Numbered from the stretch's first letter, positions 1 to 11,844 are shown. The stretch: DNA of 51,866 nucleotides from Proteromonas lacertae (GCA_002245135.1 NGBS01001163.1:310001-361866), one strand, 5' to 3'. Program-made: numbers and translations. Notes: a model not told the origin generated them from the sequence alone.

Positions 1-1125
1 TTTTCTTCTTCTTCTTTAATCTTCTTTTAGATCTTCTTCTACCACCATATTCTTCATCATCATCATCTTCATCTTCACTATCTTCATCTTCTTCTTCCTC
101 CTCATCTTCTTCTTCATATTTATCATCTATATATATATCTTCATCAACCTTTTTTTTAGTTATTTCTTTTGCTTTATTACTCACAGGAGGAGGTAATTCT
201 TCTTTAACTATAATCTTTTCTTCTTTCATTATAATTTCTTTTACATCTTTCACATTCACCTCTTTTTCTGTTTCTGTTTCTTTTTTCTCTTCTTCCACTT
301 CTTCCACTTCTTTATTCACTTCTTTATTCTTCTTTCCTCTTTTCAATGTATTTCTTTTACCACTGTTCCTTTTGTTATTGTTATTCTTTTTATTCTTTGT
401 ATTTCTTATTGGAGTTGATTCCGCTGTGCTTAATTCTGTTGTTGTTTCATCATTATCACCATTTGGTGTCTCTAATACTGCCGGTGTTGTTGTATCTGTA
501 GCAAATTGACTATCTGTATCTCCATTATCTATTAGATTCTTATTTAATGGATTGTTCTTCAATCCTTTTACCATTTCTAATGCGTATTTCTCTGTTTGTG
601 CTACCATGAATTTCAGATGTTTATCCATTGTCAGTTTTTGTCTATTGAATATTTTTCTATTCAATATATATTACAAAGAATTGATTTAATACCTAACAAA
701 TTTGTATTCTATAATTTGATCTATTTTCTTCCAGTATCCTTTGACTAGTTTAGATACATCATGCGCTTTTTTAATTCTATCTCTCACTAGTTCCTTATTA
801 TTTCGATCTCTTTCAGTCTTCTTTCTTTCGAAATGATGTTCCAAACTCTTCACTACTTTCTTTGCCCTATTCTGTTTAATTTTAAATTCTTCATCAAAAT
901 CATTTGCCATCCACTTCATTTCTGCTAATAAAAAATCCCAATGTGTCTATATTCAATCTAAAAGCAAAATTATACTTTAGGAGGCTCTTTGCTAGGCAAA
1001 ACCTGCTCCCTTATAATTTTCTCTTGAGAATCGGCTATTAATTTTTTCAGTATCTTCTTTTTTTCGATGAATGGCTCATTTGAAGGCGGATTAATACCAA
1101 ATGAAAACAAAATATCAGAAAACAT
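1..1125 (-). CDS. SWR1: SWR1/Domino/EP400-like chromatin remodeller, N-terminal HSA region (continues off the window)
   Basis: Spliced reading EPPK|THWDFLLAEMKWMANDF...YWKKIDQIIEYK...KHLKFMVAQTEKY is the HSA signature. GT-AG introns at 947-975 (29 nt) and 657-692 (36 nt). An acidic/Lys-rich tract follows. Confidence 0.8.
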
Positions 1126-1351
1126 TAATAAAAAACAAAAATTAAAAATCTGACTTGAAAAAGCTTGATCTATCCCGCCTTTTTATCTTTTTTTTTATAA
1201 AATAAACTAATGACATATATATGAAATTAAGATTATAAATGTGCATATTAATTACAATAAGAGCATAAACAGCAATACAAACAGAGAATAATGAAAAAAG
1301 TATATATTTGGAATTAAAAAACAACACAAAAATCAAATAAATAAAAACAGA

Positions 1352-2469
1352 TTATGAATCATAATACCATTTATATGGATCTTGAGACGAAACTGGAGCA
1401 ACAAGTTCATTTTCATTTGGTAATTCTGTTTTACTCCACGTAGGAAAGGGAGGTGGAATTTTAAATCTATTCTTATAACTATCTACAATTGTAACATATT
1501 CACCTTTATTTCCAGGTATACTTCCCTTCACATAAATCAAATTTCTAATTGGCTCTAATTTCATCACTTCCAATGCTTCAGATACAGCATGATGCCCACC
1601 CATTCTACCAGGCATTTTCTTACCAGGAAATACTCTCGAAGCATTTTCTCTTTGCCCAATGCTTCCACCATGTCTGTGTTTTAATGTTGTACCATGTGTT
1701 GCAGGCATTCCATGAAATCCATGTCGTTTCATCACTCCTTGAAATCCTTTACCTTTTGTTATTCCTCCAATATCTACCATTTGACCTGGTACAAAGTGAA
1801 GACAACTGATTGTTGTTCCTATTTATGTAGATCGTATTATACTTCTCCCAAGTAAATGTTTAGAAAGGGGAAACCTGAGATAGATCAGTAGTAGTTTAAT
1901 ATATAGAATAGAATATATAAGTAATATTTTTTGTTTTAAGAAATATCACTTTTTGTTCGAAATTTATAATATTCTAATAATTGTTTCTTTATGTATTTTT
2001 TATAGCAATAAGAATAGAATGTGTATATAGATATATACCTATTGGAAGTACTGCATCTTCAGTTATACGAAATTCAAATAGTTTTCTTTTCGGTTCAACT
2101 CCAGCTTTTTCAAAATGACCTAATTGTGGTCTAGGTACATTTTTGATTTTAACAGCTCCTGTACCTAGTTGTAGTGCATTATATCCATAATCTTCCTTTG
2201 TTTTTATTTGAATTACTTGACAGTTATCAATCTGAATATATAAATATATAAATATCATACTTGAATCACAGTACATGGTATTCTCTTGCCCCATCTATCC
2301 CATATTGGAAGCATTCCAATTTTTAATCCGATTGCACCTGTTCTTCTTGATTCAGTTGTCCAAACAGAAGAGGAGGTTGAAAAATTGCTTATATTGCTAT
2401 AACATAGTACATCTATTAATAATAATACTGAAAAATTGAAAGTGATTTTGTCAATCGCAAGAAATTCAT
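1352..2469 (-). CDS. MRPL3: Bacterial-type (mitochondrial/MRO) ribosomal protein L3
   Basis: GITKGKGFQGVMKRHGF, HRHGGSIG, VFPGKKMPGRMG, IYVKGSIPG and GYNALQLG motifs. Introns at 2397-2428, 2232-2260 and 1819-2038. Confidence 0.93.
1823..1976 (-). ncRNA. Candidate intronic H/ACA snoRNA
   Basis: Lies in the 220-nt L3 intron, where other introns are ~30 nt. Order on the minus strand: hairpin (aagtgatattt/aaatattactt), ANANNA box, hairpin closed by gatc/gatc, ACA box 15 nt below the upper stem. Confidence 0.4.
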
Positions 2470-2845
2470 AAATATTATAAAATTAAGCTTGAATAGAGTT
2501 TGATATTATTTATTCAAATTACTAAACAAATAAAGTATTAATAACTATTAGTACATTTATTTTATCATTATTATCAGTTTGTAAATTAGATTTTGTAATA
2601 TTGTAAATGATTATAATAGACAATGTGATAGATATGAAGGTGATGGAGATATAGTATATGCTTTTAATGTATTTGCATCAATATGATGTATAAATAATAC
2701 TATAACAATCTCAAATAATACCATACAAATGAAACATGAACTATATACTATTTCTATTATATCTCAACCACACAAACAAAGAAATAAAGAATATTATTTT
2801 AAAAATTACATATATATAGTGGTTTTATGTAATATGAGGTAGATT

Positions 2846-3682
2846 TTATGTTTTATATACTATATACTGTAGTTTTCGCTTCAATAAACAATAGCTACAT
2901 GTTCTCTGTAATCGATTATTTCGAATATTAACAAATCTGTAACAATTCTTTCTCTTTTTACACCTTGAACAAACCATTGTGTTTGGTGAATATCTTGTAA
3001 TTTCTTTTTCCCAATCACTTAATTGATACACTTCAATCTCTTTTGAACAGTTAAGACAAACATATTTGCTGTTCTTTCGTAATGCAAAACAATTGTATAA
3101 ATCAACTATCTTTTGACACTTACAACATTTCACTTTCTTCTCACAATTCTTGTGAGCTATCGCTAATATGTCTTGGAATGCACTGGATGATATATTCGCA
3201 AATTCATCTTTACCTCCATTTACTATTATATCATTAGATCCCATCATTATATTTTGACCTTCGAAATTTCCTTGTTGTTCTTTCACCATTGGTAGTAATG
3301 GTAAATTCTGTTGGGGATTCAGTGTTGGAGTAGGAATCATTTGATTATATCCACCACCATTACTCAAAGCAGTTAGATATTGGAATAATAAAGTCGTATT
3401 CAGTTGGTTATAGTCAGGGATATTCGTTATACCACATACACTGAGTGGACTTACATTTCCTTCAGCATTTGTAGGCGTTATTGGCTGAAATGGAGCTATT
3501 AAAATTAGAATAAAATATCAATTATATATAAGTTATAATCGTTATTAATATATACTTGTATTGTGAATTATTAAGGAATCGGAAGAAAGAGGATGAGTAA
3601 CTGCTGTAAAGCTACTATGGAATATTTCTGGCTTTGGCTTTATAATCATGTTGGGAGTACATAGACCAGATAAACTGTTCAT
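2846..3682 (-). CDS. Hypothetical spliced host protein with C-terminal CxxC zinc-binding pairs
   Basis: ORF 2846-3367 has CCKC, CLNC, CSRC and CSYC. Upstream coding-like exons extend to an ATG at 3682. Exon boundaries are approximate. Confidence 0.6.
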
Positions 3683-4588
3683 AACAAAAATAATAATGAA
3701 TAGCTGTGAAAATGTTCCGTTATTTTGTTTTTGATAATCAAAGCATTTTTTAAATGGATGAGTTTGAGATTTGAAAAACTTGTCGATTAGTTTTAATATA
3801 GTCTATACCTTACTAACACATCTACAACTGAAATAATTATTTTACATAGGTCTAATCCATTTGTTTCATTACATTTAAAATTAAGGTTCATTTTATTTGT
3901 ACATTATATTACTATAATTATGAAATAATAACATTATTGTAATGAGCAAAAAATATATTATCTACTTTGTGAATATGATTGTCTGATAACTCTTCATTGT
4001 ACAATTAGATGATTTACTCTCAATGAGCATTATAACATAGATTTAGCTTTGTATTACTAGAATATAATCTAATGGATGATTTATATCGATTTTAATTTTG
4101 TGATGCAAAATGACCATAAAGAAGGTAATTTTGTGAAGGATTACTATTCTTGATAGATTATTGCAGCGCTTACATATCCGAGGCTGTTGTTTTTATGTGT
4201 ATTAATGTTATGATAGAAAAAACACAATTGTGATTCATAAACATATTGACTATATCTCTATTTTCATGAACTGTATGATTTTTATTCTGATGCTACATAT
4301 TGATATAACTACTGCTTTTCGACTCAAGTCTTTCTATTCTGCTATAATTAACTTTTACATTCATTTATACCACTAAAATGATCACCTCTAAAAATATAAC
4401 GCAAAATAAGATGAAGTAACTTTATTTCTCAAAAGAATAACTAAAAACACATATTTATGTCCTTTGTGATAAATTCCAATATTGATTTAATAAATGAATG
4501 AATGCAAAAAATAGGCCATCTATTTTGCTCATTCATAACTCTTTCTTAATCTAATTACAATAATTATAGCCGTTTTAACAATTCAAAA

Positions 4589-5698
4589 ATGTCATTTTTC
4601 TCATACCAGCATGACTTATATCATGAAGTAAACTTTGAAATGATAAGAGATCGTGAGTTATATATGATTTATTTTGTTTGTTCACATCAACCTATGTTCC
4701 TTATAAAGAATCTTCTATACACTGTAGATGGTATGTGTGATACAGAAATACAATCAAAGTTCGCAAATATTGTATGTGGATATAATAATTATAATAATAG
4801 TTTTCTATTTTTATAAATAAACAGAATTATTTATTTGATACACCATATCTTAAACAATTTTTTCAAGTTTACATGGAAAGCATTGAAAGTCAAAATATAG
4901 TACAATAAATGAATATCATATTTAGGAAGTAACAGATGAAATAGCAGAATTATTTTATCAAATACTTAGAAAATCTAAAGAAGTAGACCTATATATTATA
5001 GAAATATATCCAATAATAGAATACAATGTTCCAATAGTATTAACTACTACTACAGAGTGTAATCATGTTGGATTAAAGATTTGGGAATCATCTCATATTC
5101 TAAATGAATATATTCTACAACACTCATCTTTATTTGAAAATAAAGTAGTTTTAGAATTAGGGTCAGGTGTAGGTATTAGTGGAATAGCATTAGCGTTGTA
5201 TGTAAAATGTAAACAAGTTTTATTAAGTGATTATGATGATGAGATTATCAATAACATGATTAATAATGCATTATTGAGTAATTAATTTATATTATATTTG
5301 TATATAGATAAAGATAATTTAAAAAGTCCAATTAAAGCTATTAAATTAGATTGGTTTAATTATACAACAGAACAAATAGAATTGTTAGGAAAAATTGATG
5401 TAGTAATTGGAGCAGATATTGTATTTATTTTTCTTATATATTCTAATAGACTTATGATGTTGATTTAATAGTAGGATTAGTTCCTTTATTAGCTGAACTT
5501 GCTAAGAAGATAGATAATATTGTTTTGGTTGCAACAATTAGAAATGAAGATACATTTCAATATTTACTAGATTTGTGTATAAAGTATAATTTAGAGGTTG
5601 ATCAAGAATTATTTGATGTTGCTAAACTAGAATATTTCCCTTATATATGCATTTTAGATTCATTGAAGTTTAAAATACTCAATTTTGCACTTAATTAG
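4589..5698 (+). CDS. Methyltransf_16-family protein-lysine methyltransferase (FAM86/EEF2KMT-like)
   Basis: Spliced translation VGLKIWESS...KVVLELGSGVGISG...LLSDYD...KLDW...DVVIGADI|TYD...ATIRNEDTF. Introns at 5278-5307 and 5421-5449. The 5' exons are less certain. Confidence 0.85.
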
Positions 5699-6086
5699 AA
5701 ATTAGATTTTTAAAAATGTGTTATTTTTGTTTTTTGTAATAAAAATATATTTCACAGCTGAGAATGCAATATTAAATGAAATGAATATATTATTGTTGAT
5801 AATCAAAGAAAAGAAATAATTGAACATTATTTTTATTTTTAGAATGATTATTTTATTACTAGCTAATTATAGTTTAAAATTGCTGATAGCATAAAACAAT
5901 TGTAAATAACTAATACATAAAACTAGTTAATTTAGGTAATAATTGAATATAATAATGAGTATTAGACAATAAAAAATACATCAATCGATTTCTCTATTTA
6001 TGCTGGGCTCATATATGCCCTTAGTTTGACTTTCTGATCATAATCGAAATCTAATTTTCTTAAAAAAATTCAAAAAACAATGATAG

Positions 6087-6138
6087 ATAGGATGGTCACC
6101 ATACTGTGTGATATGACAACATATGGTGACCATCCTAT
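6087..6138. repeat. Perfect 17-bp inverted repeat (hairpin) at the host/element boundary
   Basis: ataggatggtcaccata (6087-6103) pairs with tatggtgaccatcctat (6122-6138); 18-nt loop. Confidence 0.9.
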
Positions 6139-6314
6139 GTAATAAAAAACAAAACAAAAAAAATGGAGTTCAAGTCAAATCTCGAAACGCATCTATTTTT
6201 CTATTATTGAAATTTCTTATAAGACTTGTTATAATGCTAATTAATTATGCAAATTATGAAAACAACACTCCCACACAAACACAATCAATCATTTGAACCA
6301 ATTAGGACCAGAGA

Positions 6315-7049
6315 TTAATACTCATTTTGGTACTCTGGCTCCTCATCATCATCATCTACTATAAATTGTGAGAAGTTATCATCATCATCTTCCTCTGTAG
6401 CACTATCTTCTTGTTTTTGGTTTTTGGTTGAAATGTTTTTTTGATTTATTTTCTTTCTTTTAAATCTTGGAGTTTTAGATGTACTGCACTTTCTTTTTGT
6501 CGATACCACCTTTAACAACTTGTTGTTGTCATCATCATCATCATCATCCAGATTATCAAACAACGATGCTACAGAGACTTTACTACTTACCATACTTTCA
6601 GCAGTACTTCTGTAAACTATATCTCCTTTCGAATTCTTGTTTTCTTCTTTTTCGCATTTTGCTAAATCGTTGTCACCGAAATGTATGATATACATACAAG
6701 TCAGTTCTATCATATCCTCCATTGCATGGTCAAGCATACGATCATACTATTGATTCAAAATAGAAATTTATATTAATTGGATATACGATGCTTTTGTCCA
6801 GATCCTCTTTATACATGATATTACATAGCAGGACAGACATCAACACTCTGGACATTTTTAACCTTTCATGACGATCATCAATCTTTTCAATTTCTGTGAA
6901 TCTTTTGTACCATGTACTGAAACGCCTTATACTGAAGTTACCATTCCAGCTATAGACATATAATAATATAATATACCTAAAATTTTATATATGCTCGGAT
7001 TTGGATTATTAATGAAGCTGTTTTTGTATAGTATCTTCCAGTTGCTCAT
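6315..7049 (-). CDS. Spliced element gene of unknown function with acidic and basic (NLS-like) C-terminus; 5' end uncertain
   Basis: KEDLDKSI|intron 6747-6786|YDRMLDHAMEDMIELTC reads into ORF 6315-6737. A paralogous fragment at 14362-14514 conserves both the protein and the intron position. Confidence 0.65.
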
Positions 7050-7227
7050 AATAAGTGAATTGAAAGGGAAATAACGTTGAACAATGAACAAATGTTATAT
7101 GTATATATGAAACGGATATATATATATTTTTAAATGTTGCTATAAAGACATATAACTCTATTAATTTAGATAATAATCATAATGAAATGAATTTCATTAT
7201 TACTTTTGTTTTTTGTTTTTGGACCAT

Positions 7228-8514
7228 ATGTTTAGCACTAATAGTTACGATCCACATTTATACAGCTCATATAGCAACCAGAACCCATATCCTGTCAAAC
7301 CGTTACCTACAAATGGTAACTTATCACTTGCAACATATATTAACCATGGAGCACCGAATATTACACATCCAACAAGAGAGGCTTCGTATGAAGACCAAAT
7401 GTCAAACCAAATTGCCCAATATCGATCACGCTTAGATGAACTATATAAAAAATATTATTACCTTAATGAAAATGAATTTATCAAAATGACACAACATTTG
7501 TCTAGTATAAATGATATAGCTCCACCACCAGATGTAGTACGTGAATACTTAAGGAGACAACCTGGAAAACAAATTGTCGATTTCAAATATAAAAAAAATA
7601 ATCCATTCGCAACTATCAAAAAGCCTGGGTACTTCCAAATGGATATAGTGTTTTTCTTACCTGATATGGAACATTTGTATTTTATCGAAATGAATTCAAG
7701 AAAAGTATGGGCAATATTTATGCCTAATAAATATGGTGATATTACATTGGATGCATTTCAGAAGTGGTATTATGAAACAGATGCCTATGGAAACAAAACA
7801 CATAAAAATGTGGTAAGTATCCTATCAGATGCTGATGCTAGTTTTTCAAATATCAAGAAGTTATGTGATGCTGAAGGAATATCATATTTTCAAAAAGATG
7901 GTTCAGAGCATAAAATAGAGTCATTATTGGATAGATCAGTGAGTGTGATAAAAAGATTGTTGTACAAACACTTGGTGGATCTGGGATATGATGCACCTAC
8001 ATATATGGCAGATATTGATCACAATGATAAGCATATTATACCAGATATGAATTATAAATTAAAACTCGATAGTATAATACAGGAAGTGATAGATGACTAT
8101 AACAACAAGCCATTACCAGGAATTAAAGGATATACCCCAAATGAGGTATTCCATAGTTCAGAATTACAAAAACAAATATTACAAAAATCAATTAACTACA
8201 ACTTAAAGAATTATGAAAAATTGGACCATACTGGTCAAAATTTCGAAGTAGGTGATTTGGTGAGATTCAAAGAGAGAAGACGTAAAATGGATAAGAACAT
8301 ATACTGGTCAGACAATGTATATAAGATAATCAAGAAAAATCGATATTCATACAATTTAGGTGATATCAATGGGAATGACATTCAAGGTTTTTCATTAATT
8401 CGATTCAAACACTATGAGTTGCAGTTAGTGAGAAAAGATGATGCACCAACCACATGGTTTAGAAAAATACTGGAGAGACCCAAGAGAAAGAAGGGAGACA
8501 AATCAATATTGTAA
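7228..8514 (+). CDS. Polinton-type retroviral-like (rve) integrase
   Basis: YFQMDIVF, SRKVWA, ILSDAD, LLDRSVSVIK, YNN-P-PGIKGYTPNEV and FEVGDLVR motifs. First ATG is at 7228. Confidence 0.88.
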   Translation: MFSTNSYDPHLYSSYSNQNPYPVKPLPTNGNLSLATYINHGAPNITHPTREASYEDQMSNQIAQYRSRLDELYKKYYYLNENEFIKMTQHLSSINDIAPPPDVVREYLRRQPGKQIVDFKYKKNNPFATIKKPGYFQMDIVFFLPDMEHLYFIEMNSRKVWAIFMPNKYGDITLDAFQKWYYETDAYGNKTHKNVVSILSDADASFSNIKKLCDAEGISYFQKDGSEHKIESLLDRSVSVIKRLLYKHLVDLGYDAPTYMADIDHNDKHIIPDMNYKLKLDSIIQEVIDDYNNKPLPGIKGYTPNEVFHSSELQKQILQKSINYNLKNYEKLDHTGQNFEVGDLVRFKERRRKMDKNIYWSDNVYKIIKKNRYSYNLGDINGNDIQGFSLIRFKHYELQLVRKDDAPTTWFRKILERPKRKKGDKSIL

Positions 8515-8779
8515 CGAATAAATTTCTATTATGCTATATATTGTATATGTTGTTTTATTATTATTGGGCATTGGATAGACTAGCTACGATGAGGGCTGCG
8601 TTTCTAATTTATAATTATTTATTTATTTATTTATTAAATTAATTTCACAAGGAATTTATGGAAGTTTAATAATTTCTACTTGGATGTGTGTTGTTTAATA
8701 TTGCGCCATTGAAATTCGGCTTGAATCATCCTGGCACGGTATATCTAAATGCCCTTTTTTTATTTAATTGGGATCTGAT

Positions 8780-8863
8780 AGACTGTGCAAGGAAAAAAGA
8801 GTCATGCAGCTGGCATTAGTGGTTCGATTCCTAGCACAGACTATTAGTAATCCCATTTTTTTT
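8780..8863 (+). ncRNA. tRNA-like / Pol III B-box small-RNA candidate
   Basis: GGTTCGATTCC at 8821-8831 lies inside an imperfect inverted repeat (agactgtgcaaggaa / ttcctagcacagact) and is followed by a T run. It is too short for a canonical tRNA. A related copy lies at ~42010-42148 (-). Confidence 0.35.
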
Positions 8864-8926
8864 AATTTCTTTATTTTAAAAATATTTTATTATACATATA
8901 CATATAGTATATTCTATTTTTTATAT

Positions 8927-9334
8927 ATGCTTACACTACCACCACAGATTGAATATAAATTACCAGAACTTGAATCCAAGGTAACAAAGAAATATCATTT
9001 AAGTGGTCCAGACATATACTTAGATTTGTATAGCCTACAATTCCTTATATTTTTTTATCATCGAAAACCTATATACTAATGGTATTTTGAGTTAACACAC
9101 AAAATGATTAACATGATCATGAGTCAACGTTTGATATTAGTGTTTGTAGGTCCTTGTGACTTAGGAGATAGAGATAGACCCAAAGTTACATACACACCAA
9201 CAATGAAAAAAGTAATCATTAGAATGCCACAAAGATGTTTTAATGGCAAGATGCCAATATTTTTCAAATGTAGTCATATGGATTTAGAGATGATAGAATA
9301 TATTGAAACTCATACAATATTTCACCACACATAA
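8927..9334 (+). pseudogene. Small element gene of unknown function with one in-frame TAA
   Basis: ATG 8927 reads KPIY*WYFELTHKMIN in one frame into ORF 9104-9334; the stop is at 9077-9079. Confidence 0.55.
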
Positions 9335-9378
9335 AATAATTAAAAAAATAATTAAGTAATAATTATATATATTATATA

Positions 9379-10460
9379 TTATATTAATCCAAATTGTTTT
9401 TTCATTAACCTAATTTTTGTTTCACCCACTATTGTATTATAGTCAGTAGCCTTTTTAAAACTACACTGATCTCTTAAAATATTTTTCAAAAAATTAATAG
9501 CAAAAAAACCACAGTTGGCAGTATTTGAATTTTGATTCTGTACTCCATTGATTTTAAGTTCATACCTTTCATTATGATACTTCTTTAATTTTTTCAAATT
9601 TTTTTAAATTCTTCTAAGTGTTGAGGATCTTCACCAAATGAATCATAGTACAGGAATTGCTTTTTGATATTGTCAACTACTAAGGCCACCCAATGACCTA
9701 TAGAATCAGGGCTAGCTTGTGTGGTGAGTGTATTGATTATGATTCCCCATTGATTCTTCTTTTTGGGTATAGGAAGTACAAGCTCGTCCCAGCAGAACAT
9801 TCCCATGAACTTTCCATGGAAATAATTGAACTCATTTTTCACAATTAACTCTATATCAAAGTTCGATAAGGCATCTGAAGTGATACTGTTATACAAAACT
9901 TTCCTACGTGAAATTAATTTCTTTACTTTTTTATTATTTCCATTACCTATTCCAAAGTAACTCATAGCTTCACTGAGTTGTTTTGCTTGATCTAAATTAC
10001 TCACTGCTCTACCAAAATTAGTGAGTGAACTTGGAATTGTTTGTTGTGAACGTTTCACGTAGTTATCCATTATGATTGCATTCTTGTGTTGATATGGTGT
10101 TGGTTTTAACCAGTTTAATAAACCACCTGCATCTAGCAAACCAAAACAAGCAGTCAATGCACTGAATACTGTTCCTATACCTGCAACAGTTTGTAATGTA
10201 CCTGTTGGATCAGCTGCAACAGCAGTTTTTGCCATTGATGGCATAGCTTTTGATAATTCACTGATACCTTTAACTGCTGCTGCAGCAGTTGTTGCATCAC
10301 CTCCATTTGCAGCTGCAGCTACAGTTGCTGCTGTTTTTAATGTATCACCTACATTTTTTGCATCTATATTTCCAATATTAGAAAATTTGTAGAAGAATGG
10401 AACTAATTGAAACAAGTATCGAACATATGGATGAGTATTGAACATAAATTGAAGTACCAC
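9379..10460 (-). pseudogene. Adenain/Ulp1-like (clan CE) maturation cysteine protease with Ala-rich N-terminal extension; one frameshift
   Basis: GHWVAL (His) and YYDSFG (Asp), then after a frameshift in the T run near 9600, QNQNSNTANCGFF (Gln/Cys). Confidence 0.88.
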
Positions 10461-10489
10461 ATTACATACAAGAACCCTGATGTTGCTCC

Positions 10490-10746
10490 ATTTACATTAA
10501 TTTCAGTGACATATTGACTTGATATAATTACTTTTCACTTGTAATGACGGTTTGACTTAAGTAATTTTAAAACGGATTTATTTCTTAATTCAAATGATAT
10601 ATCATCGAATATAAATATATTCTCTGGGTAATCATAATTATCTTTGTCTATATCTTTGATATTATCTAATACTGCATCCAATATATTGACTCTATCTTCA
10701 TTCACTACTGAATCATAGCAATTATACTCAATTTGAATTGTAATAT
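10490..10746 (-). pseudogene. A32-like genome-packaging ATPase fragment (Walker B to Arg-finger region); absent from the ORF track
   Basis: Manual translation: YPENIFIFDDISFELRNKSVLKLLKSNRHYK*KVIISSQY, giving the hhhhDD Walker B and the RH...Q motif. In-frame TGA at 10535-10537. Confidence 0.8.
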
Positions 10747-10817
10747 AAGTTACAACTGGCGCCAGCTGTAACTTGAATTGTGATGTATCTTACAACTTAG
10801 GCCAGTTGTAAGATACA
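10747..10817. repeat. Two adjacent palindromes built from TTACAACT/AGTTGTAA
   Basis: 10747-10774 is a 28-bp palindrome with 1 mismatch. 10784-10817 has a perfect 14-bp stem and a 6-nt loop. Confidence 0.9.
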
Positions 10818-10855
10818 AGTTTAACCAAAAAAACATAATATAAAGTGAAATAAAT

Positions 10856-11092
10856 TTAAATAGTCATTTTCCTTTGTTTAGTGATTTCAATAAGAGACTG
10901 AATATCCTTAAGTGTCTTATCATGTTCTAACCCTTTATTCATCATGGCATCTATATTATTTCTAAGTTCTTCTATGTCTGTATTGTTTGGAATACAATTG
11001 TGTGCCTTTAAGTATTTGAAAAGAGCCAAAGCTATCATATACAATACAAATACGAGAACTGAAAGCAAAACAGTTGTTAGATCAAAGTCCAT
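10856..11092 (-). CDS. Small protein with N-terminal transmembrane helix and coiled-coil-like tail
   Basis: 78-aa ATG ORF with the hydrophobic segment LTTVLLSVLVFVLYMIALALF. Confidence 0.6.
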   Translation of the reverse strand: MDFDLTTVLLSVLVFVLYMIALALFKYLKAHNCIPNNTDIEELRNNIDAMMNKGLEHDKTLKDIQSLIEITKQRKMTI

Positions 11093-11159
11093 GTGTGTTT
11101 ATGAGAATCTTATATAAGAAAACAAAATTAATCAAAGTAATGTATTTATTATCAATAAA

Positions 11160-11759
11160 CTAACTTACAAGACATTGGTTATTATTAATATATTCATCCT
11201 TAATGGATCTTGGCGATATTGGAGATAAGTCATAATCTGTGAGATTGACATTGTCATTGTCATTTTCAAGCTTGACTTGTATTTCTTCTATTTCTTTATT
11301 ACTATCATTAGGAGGAGGAGGAGGTAATATATTAGCTTCATGATTCATCATAATAACACTTTCTAATAATTGATGAGTTTTTTCAAAAGATGGGTTTCTT
11401 TTCTCCTTAATCTTGTTAACACACTCAAGGAACATATTAGGTGTAATGCACACAGTCTCATCTACATCAGAAATACCTAATCTTTGAATTAATTTCTCTT
11501 TACTCTCATCCCACCAACATCCATTTTTGAATCTATATTCCAAGTCTAATCTATACTGTTCATCGACGTATTTGAGTATATATCTGATCTCACTATAAGT
11601 TAATTCCTTTTTATCACCACATATCAAATTCCATAATTTAGATTTGGTTGGCGCCCTCATTTTGCCATCCCTTCTAAAGCAATTAATGAGTATTTGTTTA
11701 TCAGAGTTCCAAAAGTTATATGGCACAGTACGATATTTGTGCTCCTGATCGTTATTCAT
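11160..11759 (-). CDS. Element hypothetical protein
   Basis: 199-aa ATG ORF with globular composition; no recognised motif. Confidence 0.65.
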   Translation of the reverse strand: MNNDQEHKYRTVPYNFWNSDKQILINCFRRDGKMRAPTKSKLWNLICGDKKELTYSEIRYILKYVDEQYRLDLEYRFKNGCWWDESKEKLIQRLGISDVDETVCITPNMFLECVNKIKEKRNPSFEKTHQLLESVIMMNHEANILPPPPPNDSNKEIEEIQVKLENDNDNVNLTDYDLSPISPRSIKDEYINNNQCLVS

Positions 11760-11844
11760 TTTTAAAAAATAAAAGTGTAATTAATACTAATAATGACAAT
11801 ATTGACATTATTAATGAATTTATTTTCAAAATAGATTTTATCTT

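Noticed and set aside
8781..8842. Canonical tRNA gene
   Set aside because: Only ~61 nt lie between the putative acceptor strands, with no D arm or anticodon arm. Kept only as a tRNA-like candidate.
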